A DNA stretch of 64,000 nt from Eledone cirrhosa (GCA_964016885.1 OZ024757.1:21452001-21516000), one strand, 5' to 3'; numbered from the stretch's first letter, positions 1 through 14,301 are shown. The notes: generated by a model not told the origin, from the sequence alone. Numbers and translations are program-made.

Positions 1-12
1 ATTTACTACATA

Positions 13-852
<840 letters not shown>

Positions 853-1099
853 ATCTGTGTGCCAGGAATGTCACAACTGGAAGAGAATGGGATAGGAATG
901 TATGTAATAGTTATAGTGAGATGTCTCAGAAGAAAGAAAGAAAAAAACAAACAAGATAAGTGGGGTGGGTGGGGAGATGGGGTGGGGTGGGGAGGTGTTG
1001 GGTAAGTTTTTGCAGAGGTGTTGGGTAAGTAGGTGGATGAAGAGAGAATGGTGGTCTTGCTGTTGGTGTTGTTAAGTGGTGGTTGTTGATGTGTTGTTG

Positions 1100-1740
1100 G
1101 GTAGGTGTGTGGGTGGGTGTGTGGGTAGGTAGGTAGGTGTCTGAGGTGTGTAGGTAGGTGTGTGGGTAAGTGTGTGAGGTGTGTAGGTAGGTGTGTGAGG
1201 TGTGTAGGTAGGTGTGTGGGTAGGTGTGTGAGGTGTGTAGGTAGGTGTCTGAGGTGTGTAGGTAGGTGTGTGGGTAGGTGTGTGAGGTCTGTATGTAGGT
1301 GTCTGAGGTGTGTGGGTAGGTGTGTAGGTAGGTGTGTGGGTAGGTGTGTAGGTAGGTGTGTGGGTAGGTGTGTAGGTAGGTGTGTGGGTAGGTGTGTGGG
1401 TAGGTGTGTGGGTAGGTGTGTGAGGTGTGTAGGTAGGTGTCTGAGGTGTGTAGGTAGGTGTCTGAGGTGTGTAAGTGTCTGAGGTGTGTAGGTAGGTGTG
1501 TGGCTAAGTGTGTGAGGTGTGTAGGTAGGTGTGTGAGTGAGGTGTGTAGGTAGGTGTGTAGGTAGGTGTGTGGGTAGGTGTGTGAGGTAGGTGTCTGAGG
1601 TGTGAGGTAGGTGTCTGAGGTATGTAGGTAGGTGTCTGAGGTAGGTGTGTGAGGTAGGTGTGTGAGGTAGGTGTCTGAGGTAGGTGTGTGAGGTAGGTGT
1701 CTGAGGTAGGTGTGTGAGGTAGGTGTGTGAGGTAGGTGTG
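1100..1740. repeat. compound aggt/gtgt satellite
   Basis: Tandem variants of aggtaggtgtgtg and aggtgtctg. Source of the THLP-repeat ORF. Confidence 0.9.
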
Positions 1741-2275
1741 TCAAGAAATAAACAAATACAGACAAGCGATAAATAAATGAAATAATTAAATAAAGATAAA
1801 ATAGTCAATGATAATTGGACAGATCAAATATTTACAAATAATTAAGATTTTTATATATTACACCTCACCGGGATATAAAGAAGAGAGAGGGGGCGATAGA
1901 AAGAGAGTGAGGGGGGTAGAGGCGAGAGGGAGGGGGGTAGAGAGGCGAGAGAAAGGGGGAAAGAGAGGGAAGAGAGACGGGAGAGAGAGGGGGATAGAGG
2001 GGATAGAGAGAAGGGGAATACATGAGAGAGAGAGAGGGGGAGAGATATGAGAGAGAGGGGGGAAATATATGAGAGAGAGAGGGGGATAGAGAGGGGGAGA
2101 GGGGATAGAGAAAGGGGAGAGGGGATAGATAGATAGGGAGGGAGATAGAAAGCAGTAGAGGGGAGCTGAGTATGCAGTTGTTTTGTTGAAGTTGTATTTT
2201 CTCATTTTTTTAAATTTCTCAATAAAACATTTATGAATAAAAGTACAAAATAAATATGTACATAAATAAAAGTAA

Positions 2276-2841
2276 ATATATATGTATATATATATATATA
2301 TATACATACATATATATATATATACATATATATACATATATATATATACACACGTGTGTATATATATATATACATATGTACGTGTATATATCCATATATA
2401 CATATAAGTCTATATATATTTATATATATATACATATATATATATACATATATATATATATACATATATATACATACATATACATATATATATATACATA
2501 TATATACATACATATACATATATATATATATACATATATATACATACATATACATATATATATTTACATATATTTACATACATATACATATATATACATA
2601 TATATATACATATATATATACATATACATATATATATACATATATATATACATATACATATACATATACATATATATATACATATATATATATACATATA
2701 TATATATATACATATATATATACATATATATATACATATACATATATACATATACATATATATATACATATATATATATACATATATATATATATACATA
2801 TATATATACATATATATATACATATACATATATACATATAC

Positions 2842-2892
<51 letters not shown>

Positions 2893-2895
2893 CAC

Positions 2896-2926
<31 letters not shown>

Positions 2927-2948
2927 CATATATATACATACATATATA

Positions 2949-2986
<38 letters not shown>

Positions 2987-2994
2987 CATATATA

Positions 2995-3052
<58 letters not shown>

Positions 3053-3108
3053 AATACACATATATATATACATATATATACATATATATACATACATATA
3101 TAGACATA

Positions 3109-3140
<32 letters not shown>

Positions 3141-3244
3141 AATACACATATATATATACATATATATATATATATACATATATATACATATATAGACATA
3201 TATATACATATGTATACATATATATATATATATATACATATATA
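2276..3244. repeat. (TA)n/(TACA)n compound microsatellite
   Basis: Read directly from the sequence. Confidence 0.95.
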
Positions 3245-3369
3245 AGCAATAACACTCTCCCTAACCCCGTCCCCTTCTTGTAGTTGGTTCATGCATCAAT
3301 GGTCTTACAAGGATCTCTCCTTCTTCACTCCCTGCCAACTTCTCCATATTGGTCCCCACTGTCACCCCC

Positions 3370-4075
3370 ATCATAATCACCACCACCACCACCAACAACA
3401 ACAACCTCCACCATCAGCACTGTCACAACATCACAGTCACCATCACCACCACATAATCATCATCACCAACACCACCACCATCACCACCATCACCACATCA
3501 CAATCATCACCAACACCACCACCACATAATCAACACCACCAACACCACCACCACATAATCAATACCACCAACACCACCACCACATCATACTCATCACCAC
3601 CACCACCACCACATCACAATCATCACCACCACCACCACCACATAATCAACACCACCAACACCACCACCACATCATACTCATCATCACCACCAACACCACC
3701 ACCACATCACAATCATCAACACCACCAACACCACCACCACCACATAATCAACACCACCAACACCACCACCACATCATACTCATCATCACCACCAACACCA
3801 CCAACACCACCATCATCACCAACACCACCACCACAACACAATCATCACCACCACCAACACCACCACCACATCATACTCATCACCACCACCAACACCACCA
3901 CCACATCATACTCATCACCACCACCAACACCACCACCACATCACAATCATCACCACCACCAACACCACCACCACATAATCAACACCACCACCACATCACA
4001 ATCATCACCACCACCACCACCACAACACAATCACCACCACCAACACCACCACATCATCAACACCAACACCACCAG
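3370..4075. repeat. cryptic (CAC/CAA/CAT)n trinucleotide repeat
   Basis: Read directly. The His/Thr/Pro ORF is a by-product. Confidence 0.9.
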
Positions 4076-4164
4076 ATAACAATCACCCCCCCCCCCCCCA
4101 CTATCAACACCACCACCCACTCTACCCTATTAAGATTCACTTTATTACATGTTTCCATTTTCCA

Positions 4165-4985
4165 TCTCATCTGTCTCTGTCTGTGTCTGTCTGTCTGTCT
4201 GTGTGTCTGTGTCTGTCTGTCTGTGTCTGGTTGTTGTCTGGCTGTCTGTCTGTCTGTCTGTGTCTGGTTGTTGTCTGGCTGTCTGTCTGTGTCTGGTTGT
4301 TGTCTGGCTGTCTGTCTGTCTCTTGGTCTGTCTGTCTGTATGTGTCTGTCTGTCTGTATGTCTGTCTGTCTTTGTCCGCCTTTCTGTGTGTCTATGTCTG
4401 TCGGTCTGTGTCTGTCTGTATGTCTGTCTGGTTGTTGTCTGGCTGTCTGACTGTCTCTTGGTCTGTCTGTGTCTGTGTCTGTCTGTCTGTCTATGTCTGT
4501 CTGTCTGTCTATGTCTGTCCGCCTGTCTGTCTGTCTGTCTGGTTGTTGTCTGGCTGTCTGACTGTCTCTTGGTCTGTCTGTCTGTATGTGTGTCTGTCTG
4601 TCTGTGTCTGTCCGCCTGTCTGTGTGTCTATGTCTATCGGTCTGTGTCTGTCTGTATGTCTGTCTGCCTGTTTGTGTCAGTCCGCCTGTCTGTGTCTGTA
4701 TGTATGTCTGTCTGTCTGTCTCTTGGTCTGTCTGTCTGTCTGTCTGTGTCTGTCCGCCTGTCTGTGTGTCTATGTCTGTCGGTCTGTGTCGGTCTGTGTC
4801 TGTCTGTATGTCTGTCCGCCTGGCTGTCTGTCTGTGTCTGTCTGTCTGTCTGCCTGTCTGTCTGTCCGCCTGTCTATCTGTCTGTCAGTCTCTGTCTGTC
4901 TGTCTCTGTCTGTCCGCCTGTCTGTCTGTCTGTCTGTCTGTCTCTATCTGTGTCTGCCTGGCTGCCTGCCTGTCTGTATGTCTAT
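4165..4985. repeat. (TGTC)n compound microsatellite
   Basis: Read directly from the sequence. Confidence 0.9.
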
Positions 4986-5734
4986 CTCTCTGGCCACCCC
5001 CTCATCTCCCTCCCTCCCATGTCAGCCTACATCCCACATACCTATGGCTTTTTATGTAGAAGAGACTGAGATAAAGGGTGGGGTGGCGTGGAGGGAGCTG
5101 GAGCGGTGTGGGAGGGGGAGGTAAAGCACAGCAGGGGTGAAGGAGTGGGTGGGGAGAAGGAGACACTGGGTTTAGGGGTCTTCTTGATGATACAAACCCT
5201 GACATCAAAGAGACATTCCCTAATTTTGTCATAGAAACAAATGGGACCAACTCCATCCCACACTAAAACCCCTGATAACACACACACACACACACATATA
5301 TATATACACACATACTATATATATATACACACACACACATATATATACACACACACACACATATATATACACACATACTATATATATATATACACACACA
5401 CACATATATATACACATACTATATATATATACACACACACACACATATATATATACACATACTATATATATATACACACACACACACATATATATATACA
5501 CATACTATATATATATACACACACACATATATACACACACACACATATATATATATACACATACTATATATATATACACACACACATATATATACACACA
5601 CACACATATATATATACACATACTATATATATATACACACACAGACACACATGTACTCACACACAAACAGACACACATGAATACATTACACATAACTGCA
5701 TTGTTTGTTTGCAACCAGTTCACTGAAGTGATTC

Positions 5735-6337
5735 TGAGAGAGGGGGTTGAGAGAGAGAGGGAGGAAGGGGCTGAGAGAGAGAGAGAGAGAGAGAGGAGAG
5801 AAAGGGGCTGAGAGAGAGAGAGAGAGGAGAGAAAGGGGCTGAGAGAGAGAGAGAGAGGAGAGAAAGGGGTTGAGAGAGAGGGAGAGAAAGGTGTTGAGAG
5901 AGAGAGAGGAGAAAGGGGTTGAGAGAGAGAGAGAGGAGAGAAAGGGGTTGAGAGAGAGAGAGAGGAGAGAAAGGGGTTGAGAGAGAGAGAGAGGAGAGAA
6001 AGGGGTTGAGAGAGAGAGAGGGGAGAAAGGGGTAGAGAGAGAGGGGAGAAAGAGGTAGAGAGAGAGGAGAGAAAGGGGTTGAGAGAGGGGGGAAGGGGTT
6101 GAGAGAGAGAGACAGGAGAGAAAGGAGTAGAGAGAGAGGAGAGAAAGGGGTTGAGAGAGAGAGGGGATAGAAAGGGGTTGAGAGAGAGAGAGAGGAGAGA
6201 AAGGGGTAGAGAGAGAGGAGAGAAAGGAGTTGAGAGAGAGAGGGGATAGAAAGGGGTTGAGAGAGAGAGGGGATAGAAAGGGGTTGAGAGAGAGAGAGAG
6301 AGGGGAGAGAAAGGGGTTGAGAGAGAGAGGAGAGAAA
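5735..6337. repeat. GA-rich minisatellite ggagagaaaggggttga(ga)n
   Basis: About 20 units with a constant core and a variable (GA)n tract. Confidence 0.9.
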
Positions 6338-6832
6338 GATCGAGGAATTCCTATTCAACAGGGTTGACTGATCTATAACCCACCATTGATGACTAGTTGC
6401 TTCGGAAGCTGACAAATCTGATCCCCAGGCCGGTCATCAAGACCTCCTTGGTTCTGTCAACTGTTATAGTGTTATAGTTCTGCTGCAAAACTAGGGAGCT
6501 TGCATCCCCGCCTGAGGAAAGGGCCCTGTGAAGTGGAGTGATCGATGTAGCAATTATATATATGTGGAGGCGTGAGGCCTAGTGGTTAGTGTGTTGGGAG
6601 CAAAACACTTCCTTTCACATTGCTCAGATATACTCAGCTGGAGGTTTAAGCCTGCAATGGCCTAACATCCTGTCAGGTACTGTTTCTTCCTGCCGCAGAA
6701 ACTGGGGTAAGCATGCTCTGACGAATCTCTGGGCTCAAGACTGACTTTAGACATTTCTATATATGGCATAGCAATCCTTTACTAAAAAAATTAAATACAT
6801 TCAACACTATTGTTGCCATTATTGGCAGAACT

Positions 6833-7020
6833 GGTGGATTGGCAGTATCGGTAGAGGGTCGGACGCCATGCTTTCCAGCATAGTTACGTCCCTGTACGAT
6901 CTGAGTTCAAATCCCGCCGAGGTTGACTTTGCCTTTCATCCTTACAGGGGTCGAAAAAATAAAGTACCAGTAATGCACTGGGTAATTGCTGGCCTTGTGC
7001 CTAAAGTAGAAACAATTATT
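6833..7020 (+). mobile_element. SINE family B (tRNA-like head; Deu/Nin-like central domain)
   Basis: A-box-like tggcagtatcggtag, B-box gagttcaaatcc, then gaggttgactttgcctttcatcc...ggggtcga...aaagtaccag. About 9 copies in the window. The domain name is recalled, not searched. Confidence 0.8.
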
Positions 7021-7206
7021 GGCAGCACTGGTCCACTATTTATAGCAATCAACTAGTATTATAATCACCTGCATGGGGGCGACTGTATTTTCAAATTTCC
7101 AAATACTTCATACCTAAACCAGATATTTTTTTACACATTTCACTTCTTTAGAAATGTTCTCACTTTCACCTCCTTTCTTTTTTTTTTCTGTATTTTCGTT
7201 ATTGTA

Positions 7207-7926
7207 TTACCCCTTTAATGTTGAAACCGTCCAGAATTCTCTACCTCTTTCTGTTGAAACTGGCTGTAACTGGTCACTCATACTGGTGTTAAGGTATTGT
7301 TCTCAAAATAAATACTTTCAAAATCTCATAGATTCGATATTATGAGAGATATTATGTGAGATAAAGCCTTTACCATGAAAATATAATAGTATATATAGAG
7401 TAATGTGAATGTTATGTGAGATATTATGTGAGGTAAAGCCTTTACCATGAAAATATAATAGTATATATAGAGTAATGTGAATGTTATGTGAGATATTATG
7501 TGAGGTAAAGCCTTTACCATGAAAATATAATAGTATATATAGAGTAATGTAAATGTTATGTGAGATATTATGTGAGGTAAAGCCTTTACCATGAAAATAT
7601 AATAGTATATATATAGTCATGTAAATGTTATGTGAGATATTATGTGAAGTAAAGCCTTTACCATGAAAATATAATAGTAGATATAGAGTAATGTAAATGG
7701 TATGCGAGATACTTATGTGAGGTAAAGCCTTTACCATGAAAATATAATAGTATATATAGAGTAATGTGAATGTTATGTGAGATATTATGTGAGGTAAAGC
7801 CTTTACCATGAAAATATAATAGTATATATAGTCATGTGAATGTTATGTGAGATATTATGTGAGGTAAAGCCTTTACGATGAAAATATAAAAGTATATATA
7901 GAGTAATGTGAAGGCTAAAGGGTTAA
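7207..7926 (+). mobile_element. piggyBac-like (TTAA) MITE with an internal 72-bp tandem array (~8 units)
   Basis: Ends ttacccctttaa...gctaaagggttaa. The same left end (ttaaccctttaatgttcaaaccggccagaattc) occurs at ~19004 and inverted at ~29263. The gtaaagcc motif repeats at 7433 and 7505 (period 72). Confidence 0.75.
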
Positions 7927-8784
7927 ATTTTATATTATTGGCAGCACTGGTCTAACTAGTATTATAATCATCTGCATGGGTGCAACTACATTTTCAAATT
8001 TCGAATTTTGAAATACTTTATAAGTCAGATGTTTATACATTCAGTATATACAAAAAAAAAGTTCCCAACCCATCGTTTTTTTCCTTTTCTTTATCTTCCT
8101 TTATTATATTCCATTCCTCACTTTGGTGGTTTCATCTTATCACATATTCATCACATTTCATAGAATTCCTCTAATTGATATTGATACAATAACTCCCATG
8201 ATTGATTCCAACATATGATTGGGCAATGTTTCATGGTTTTTATTACTAAGGTGAGATTATTAATCTCAGGTGTAAGATTTATAGCTGTTGCCCCCACCCA
8301 TCTCGTGCACAAGTAAATTGAATGTAGAATAAGAAAATAAGGATAGGATTATATGTATTGGGGGAAACTAGGTATATATTTTATATAGTCTTATTGTTTT
8401 ATACATGCACACATTATATATATATATAGAAACCCAAGAAGCTAGATTTACCATCTTTCTAGCGGGTCTGGGTATGCTTTTTACATTCATTTGATGTATT
8501 GATTTATTGATATTTTATCTGAGTGTCCCGAATCTTCCATGTCGCAATTTTTCGGTTGTATGGTTGATTGTAGACATATTCTATGTGTGACGGTATTTTA
8601 ACGATAGTTATAGCTCTGATTTATCTGAATTATTGAGCCCTCTGCCGCTCATATCGAATTTTGTTTATCGTGAACTCGTGCGCCGATTTTTCGATACTCG
8701 ATTATTCTACTATATATATATATATATAAATGAAAAGTATAGAAATTGTTGTAGCGAGAAGCTACACATATATACAAATATATA

Positions 8785-9117
8785 TCATTTTCATTTCATG
8801 TCCGCTTTTTCCCTGCTTGCAAGGGTGGGACGGGAACTGATTTTGGCTTGATTTCTACAGCTGGATGCCCTTCCTAACACCAACCTCATTTACAGTGAGT
8901 GCTGGGTGCTTTTTTGCCGTGGCACCTCCACAACCACTTTGCAGTGGAATGATATAGACCCCAGTCCCTATCATCTCATTTCTACAGCTGAGTAAACTGG
9001 AGCAATGTGAAATAAAGTGTCTTGCTCAAGGAAACAACACATCACCTGGTCTGAGAATTGAACTCACAACCTTTCGATTGCAAGGCCAATGCTCTAACCA
9101 CTAAGCCATGTGCCTCC
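8785..9117 (-). mobile_element. SINE family A, full length (tRNA head, CORE-like domain, Meta-like domain, RTE-derived tail)
   Basis: Reverse complement of the copies at 12026, 36619 and 45330. Confidence 0.9.
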
Positions 9118-9139
9118 ATATATATATATATATATATTA

Positions 9140-9375
9140 AAGTGTTAAACAATATTCAATGATTATGTCAAAGAATGAGTTTTACAGTAGATTGGAAGCA
9201 TTCTACGGTAAAAAATAATTTTCTGGAGTTATTAATATTAAAATATAAATATTAATAAAATAGATGTTATTTTGATCAATTACATTTTATTATACATATT
9301 TCGGATGTACAACAGTACGTCCTCATCAGACAAAATATAATGATACATGACATACCCTGAGATGTTAAATGGTTA
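9140..9375 (-). mobile_element. Penelope-like terminal repeat fragment (family PLE-2)
   Basis: Similar to 53085-53260 and 56275-56545. Contains a hammerhead motif. Confidence 0.6.
9280..9340 (-). ncRNA. minimal type I hammerhead ribozyme motif
   Basis: Minus strand reads ttatattttgt CTGATGA ggacgtac-tgtt-gtacatcc GAAA tatgtATA ataaaatgtaa. Stems I and II pair. Confidence 0.75.
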
Positions 9376-9642
9376 CCACGAAAATATAATAGTATATATA
9401 GAGTAATGTGAATGTTATGTGAGATATTATGTGAGGTAAAGCCTTTACCATGAAAATATAATAGTATATATAGAGTAATGTGAATGTTATGTGAGATATT
9501 ATGTGAAGTAAAGCCTTTACCATGAAAATACAATAGTATATATAGAGTAATCTGAATGTTATGTGAGATAATTATGTGAGGTAAAGCCTTTACATGAAAA
9601 TATAATAGTATATATAGAGTAATGTGAATGCTAAAGGGTTAG
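9376..9642 (+). mobile_element. right part of the TTAA MITE with 72-bp units
   Basis: About 3.5 units ending gctaaagggttag. Confidence 0.75.
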
Positions 9643-10856
9643 AGAACATTAGTCCAGCCCCCCTTTTTTAGAACACTTCAAAAGGCATGCTTGCTGGGAA
9701 CTGCAAGAACCCTCTGATATGTCCTGAATATCTAAGGCTGCAGGTAACGGCTTGATGTTCATTTGAACAAACTTTCCAGTTAAATAACATCAATGACCGA
9801 GACTCAAAGAATAATACTCATCATTATTATTACTAGCAGAAAAACCACACTTTGGGTGGTTTTCTGCTAGCGTGTGTAGTGTGTATATTGATATTATACG
9901 CAAGTATATATACATGTAGATATGATACATCAAATAAAATCGTAATTGACAATATAAACAGAAATTGAATGAAGACTGGGTTACACTTTCTTATGTAATC
10001 AGTAACGTAATCCATGATACATTAAATAAAGACGATATATATATAAACTGCATTAGGAGAAAATTAGTGATAGAAAATAGTATGTTTATTTAAGTGATCG
10101 TCATCACACACTCTCTCTTTCTCTCTCTATATATATGGTAGTTGAAGTGGTGGCGACGATATACCAGAAGTGCAACTTTAAAAAGAAGTCAATTTTAAAT
10201 TATTTATTTTTACGAAATTATTTTTGTTTACGAATAGATAAATTATGTAATATTCATTCATTATTTATTCAAAGTAATCCAACTTATTTTACTAACGGGA
10301 TAAAAAAAAATAAACCGTATGTAGTCCCGCAGACCTTCCTTTATTATAGTTTAGATTATTATTATTATTATTATGCTCAACAGATTTATGTTACACATAA
10401 ATCAACATAAATAATGTTTCAACAGCAATATCTTTTACTAGCAGAGAAAACCGATGTTAAACAATAATATAGACAAATGTCTGCTGATGGTGATGTACCC
10501 AGTCCAAATTGCTCAGATGATTCCTGTTAATGTGCACTTGTAACTACAACTACACAAACAGATAATGTATAAGAAACCACCTGAGTTTGGGTAAATATAT
10601 AATTTTGTCCCCTGGTATTTGTTGAATTCATTTCTTGCAACATAGAATGAGAAAGAAGCTACCCCAAATAATTTGACTTCTGTTGCTTTTGTGCAAGTGA
10701 AAATTTGTTAAATTCCATATTATGATGGAGTCATACCATCATAATATGGCAGACTGAATGAGTTGGTATTAAACCCAATGAAACTTAAGTATCTGTGTAA
10801 TCTGTTGTAACTAATTATATTCTACTTGTCCCACAGACTAGTTTGTACTAAGCCTC

Positions 10857-11130
10857 CAGTCCACACTGTACAGTGGTTGTGATGGCGACACAACAAAAAG
10901 CACCCAGCCCACACTGTAAAGTGATAGTAGTGATGGTGAGATGGCAAAAAGCACCCAGTACTCACTGTAAATGAGGTTGGCGTTAGGAAGGGCAACTAAG
11001 TGTAGAAACCAGGCCGAAATCAGTTCTGTATGAGCAAGACATGGTCACCTGACCTAGCATTGCCCACAACAGGACAACTTGTCTAACTCATGGTAGCACA
11101 GAAAAATGGACATAAAACGGTGATGATGAT
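10857..11130 (+). mobile_element. 3' end of the composite RTE/SINE-like element
   Basis: 48-bp modules, ggcgttaggaagggca, and the tail gaaaaatggacataaaacggtgatgatga. Nearly colinear with 51960-52125. Confidence 0.8.
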
Positions 11131-11134
11131 ACAG

Positions 11135-11183
<49 letters not shown>

Positions 11184-11200
11184 CAGACACACATATATAT

Positions 11201-11505
11201 ATCATCATTTTACGTCCACTTTTTCCCTGCTTGCAAGGGTGGGACGGGAACTGATTCTGGCTTGATTTCTACAGCTGGATTCCCTTCCTAACACCAACCT
11301 CATTTACAGTGAGTGCTGGGTGCTTTTTTTGCCGTGGCACCTCCACGACCACTTTGCAGTGGAATGATAGGGACCCCAGTCCCTATCATCTCATTTCTAC
11401 AGCTGAGTATACTGGAGCAATGTGAAATAAAGTGTCTTGCTCAAGGAAACAACACATCACCCGGTCTGATAATTGAACCGGGTGATGTGTTGTTTCCTTG
11501 AGCAA
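11201..11505 (-). mobile_element. SINE family A, 5'-truncated, ending in a fold-back
   Basis: Matches family A. The head is replaced by a 29-bp inverted duplication. Confidence 0.9.
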
Positions 11506-11680
11506 TATATATATATATATATGTATATGTGTGTGTATACACATATATATATATATATATATGTGTGTGTGAGCAAGAAGAAATAAAAGGGCAGATGAGA
11601 ATAAGAAAAGAAAGAGAAAATATTTTTTTTATAAGAGGAAAGTATGTTTATGTTTTGTCAGCCATTTTGAAGAAACTCGA

Positions 11681-11720
<40 letters not shown>

Positions 11721-12025
11721 GTGTGTGTGTTTATAGTAGTGAGGAATGTTTCATCAACAACGATACTAACAACAGCAAATCATATAATAAAGCAATAAAA
11801 TAGAGAAGATGATGTAGTAATAAATAGATGGTAACTGACATTACATTTATAATACTTTCCCTACCTATCAGGTAAATTATCCATCATTTACACAACCTCA
11901 CATTCAACCAAACACACATCTACATACACATTCTAACCATCCACTAACACTTACACACTCAGATATATACATTCAACTCAATACACACACTCACACGTAC
12001 ATATATATATATATATATATATTAT

Positions 12026-12376
12026 GGGGGCACATGGCTTAGTGGTTAGAGCATTGGCCTTGCAATCGAAAGGTTGTGAGTTCAATTCTCAGACCGGGTG
12101 ATGTGTTGTTTCCTTGAGCAAGACACTTTATTTCACATTGCTCCAGTTTACTCAGCTGTAGAAAATGAGATGATAGGGACTGGGGTCCATATCATTCCAC
12201 TGCAAAGTGGTCGTAGAGGTGCCGCTGCAAAAAAAGCACCCAGCACTCACTGTAAATGAGGTTGGTGTTAGGAAGGGCATCCAGCTGTAGAAATCAAGCC
12301 AGAATCAGTTCCCGTCCCACCCTTGCAAGCAGGGAAAAGCGGACGTAAAATGATGATGAAAAATGATGATGATGAT
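12026..12376 (+). mobile_element. SINE family A, full length
   Basis: A box (ggcacatggcttagtggttagagc), B box (gagttcaattc), tccttgagcaagacactt, aggaagggcatccagc, and a (tga)n tail. Flanked by (TA)n on both sides. Confidence 0.92.
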
Positions 12377-13519
12377 ATATATATATATATATATATATTT
12401 CAAGCTAACACACACATATATAAATATATTCCAGTCACATACTTAAACACATACAAACATCAATATATATTTTTAACTAAAGACCAATTCACAAAGAGAG
12501 ATATAATCTAACCACACACACACACACATATATATATATACACACACACACATATATAAATACACACACACATTTTCTCCTATGACAGCTTTCAATAGTT
12601 TCCATTTGATATGAATTATCTTAGTATTGGTTTTCTCAGAATTTCTGACAGGAATAATCATATCTATTTGTTACCTATTCAGACATGCGCGCACGCGTGT
12701 GTGCGTGTGCGTGCGCGTGTGTGTGTGCGCGTGCGTGTGTATATGCGTGTGTCTGTGTGATGTATAGAAAAAATATATATCATCATATCATCATCATCGT
12801 TTCCTTACTAGCAAGAAAAGTATATAATGGGTATATATATATATATATATCTTTATAATAAAACTCAAATGTTACATGGCAACCACTTTGTGCTGTTATT
12901 TTTTTTTCTTTTTTGAACTGCAATTTGATATATGCCTCCTTACCTCTCTATCTCATCATTTCCCTTGCAGTGTTGATAAGCAGGTCAGTGGTCAAGCAAC
13001 TACTATCTAAAGCTATATATCTTCAGATGATAAAAACACTTTCCTCCTATCTATTTATCTGACAGTATGTTTATCTATCTATTTGTCTATCCATCCAGGT
13101 ATCTCTGTTTGCCAATCTCTCACTTGTCTATATAACTGTATATCTACCTACCTAGCTACCTACCAGTTTATCTGTTTGTATGTCTGTCTGTCTGTCTACC
13201 AGACTTTCAATCTATAGTTATCTATTCATGTACGTTTACCAATGTATCCATTTTTCAACAATAACACCACCAACAACAACAAAGCACAAATCTCAATAGC
13301 TGTCCGAAGATAGACCAAGCTCATTGTAATTTAATGTAGGTGTGTTTGATAACAATAAAGAAAATGTGGAAGAAAATTATTGCCACTGATTTAAATGAAT
13401 GTAAAAGGAAATTCGATGATGATGACCAAGAAAAATCAAAGATTTAAATATCTTTACATAGGCATAATTCCATCTTCAATAAGATGCCTACCTCACATTC
13501 CCCTTCTCTGAACATAACT

Positions 13520-13770
13520 TTGGCCAGAAGGTGTTCATGTCATCAGAAGGTGTCCAATGTTCATTGGGTGTTTCCACCCTCAACTGTAACACTTTCTCAC
13601 TTGTGGTTCAACAATGGTGGCTAAATTACTGCCCATCTTCACCTCTTGTCTTCTAGTTTCTCTCCTCCTCTAAAGCCAACAAGAAGCCCCTTTCTGCTGC
13701 CTCCCCCATCCTGCAAACTGCAGCCTTCTTCTCTCTTCCTGTCATTCCAATGACAATGAGCATTCCCCAA
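13520..13770 (-). mobile_element. degraded 3' end of a Hero-like REL non-LTR retrotransposon
   Basis: Minus strand translates WGMLIVIGMTGREKKAAVCRMGEAAER, then a frameshift, then SCWL*RRRE. This matches the EAAERASxWLW C-terminus I recall for this group. Confidence 0.65.
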
Positions 13771-13994
13771 ATATAATAATCAAGGAATTATTAAATTAGA
13801 TATTTGTTACTATAAACCCTCTCATTTTTTGGTAAATTCTTCCCCCTATTTTAAAAGCTATTTCTTAGCACCTCCATGAATGAACATTCTTTATATTTGA
13901 CTAAATAGTCTAATAACATTGTTTGACTATTTTATTTAGTCAAATGTTATAGCAAAGACTTTTATTTCTGTGTGTGTGTGTGTGTGTGTGTGTA

Positions 13995-14301
13995 TCATTT
14001 CATTTCATTTTACATCCGCTTTTTCCCTGCTTGCAAGGGTGGGACGGGAACTGATTTTGGCTTCATTTCTACAGCTGGATGCCCTTCCTAACACCAACCT
14101 CATTTACAGTGAGTGCTGGGTGCTTTTTTGCCGTGGCACCTCCACAACCACTCTGCAGTCCCTATCATCTCATTTCTACAGCTGAGTAAACTGGAACAAT
14201 GTGAAATAAAGTGTCTTGCTCAAGGAAACAACACATCACCCGGTCTGAGAATTGAACTCACCACCTTTCGATTGCAAGGCCAATGCTCTAACCACTAAAG
14301 C
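13995..14301 (-). mobile_element. SINE family A with an internal deletion
   Basis: Matches family A but lacks the ggaatgatagggacccc segment. Confidence 0.9.

Noticed and set aside
3284-3352. Plus-strand exon [22 protein letters not shown] after a strong acceptor
   Set aside because: No credible donor, it runs into a CAC repeat, and no homology is recognised.
5170-5275. Protein-like frames on both strands (GLLDDTNPDIKETFPNF; GVLVWDGVGPICFYD)
   Set aside because: Strand and frame cannot be decided and the splice signals are weak.
7318-7809. 163-aa HGKGFTSHNISHNIHITLYILLYF repeat ORF resembling a C2H2 linker
   Set aside because: It is the translation of the 72-bp MITE array, with no Cys pair and frameshifts between copies.
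12026-12098. tRNA gene
   Set aside because: The tRNA-like A/B boxes are the head of a multi-copy SINE and run straight into the SINE body.
12971-12983. 13-nt plus-strand micro-exon (ttgcag|tgttgataagcag|gtcagt); similar at 59704-59716
   Set aside because: Such matches are expected by chance in 64 kb and no plus-strand gene model supports them.
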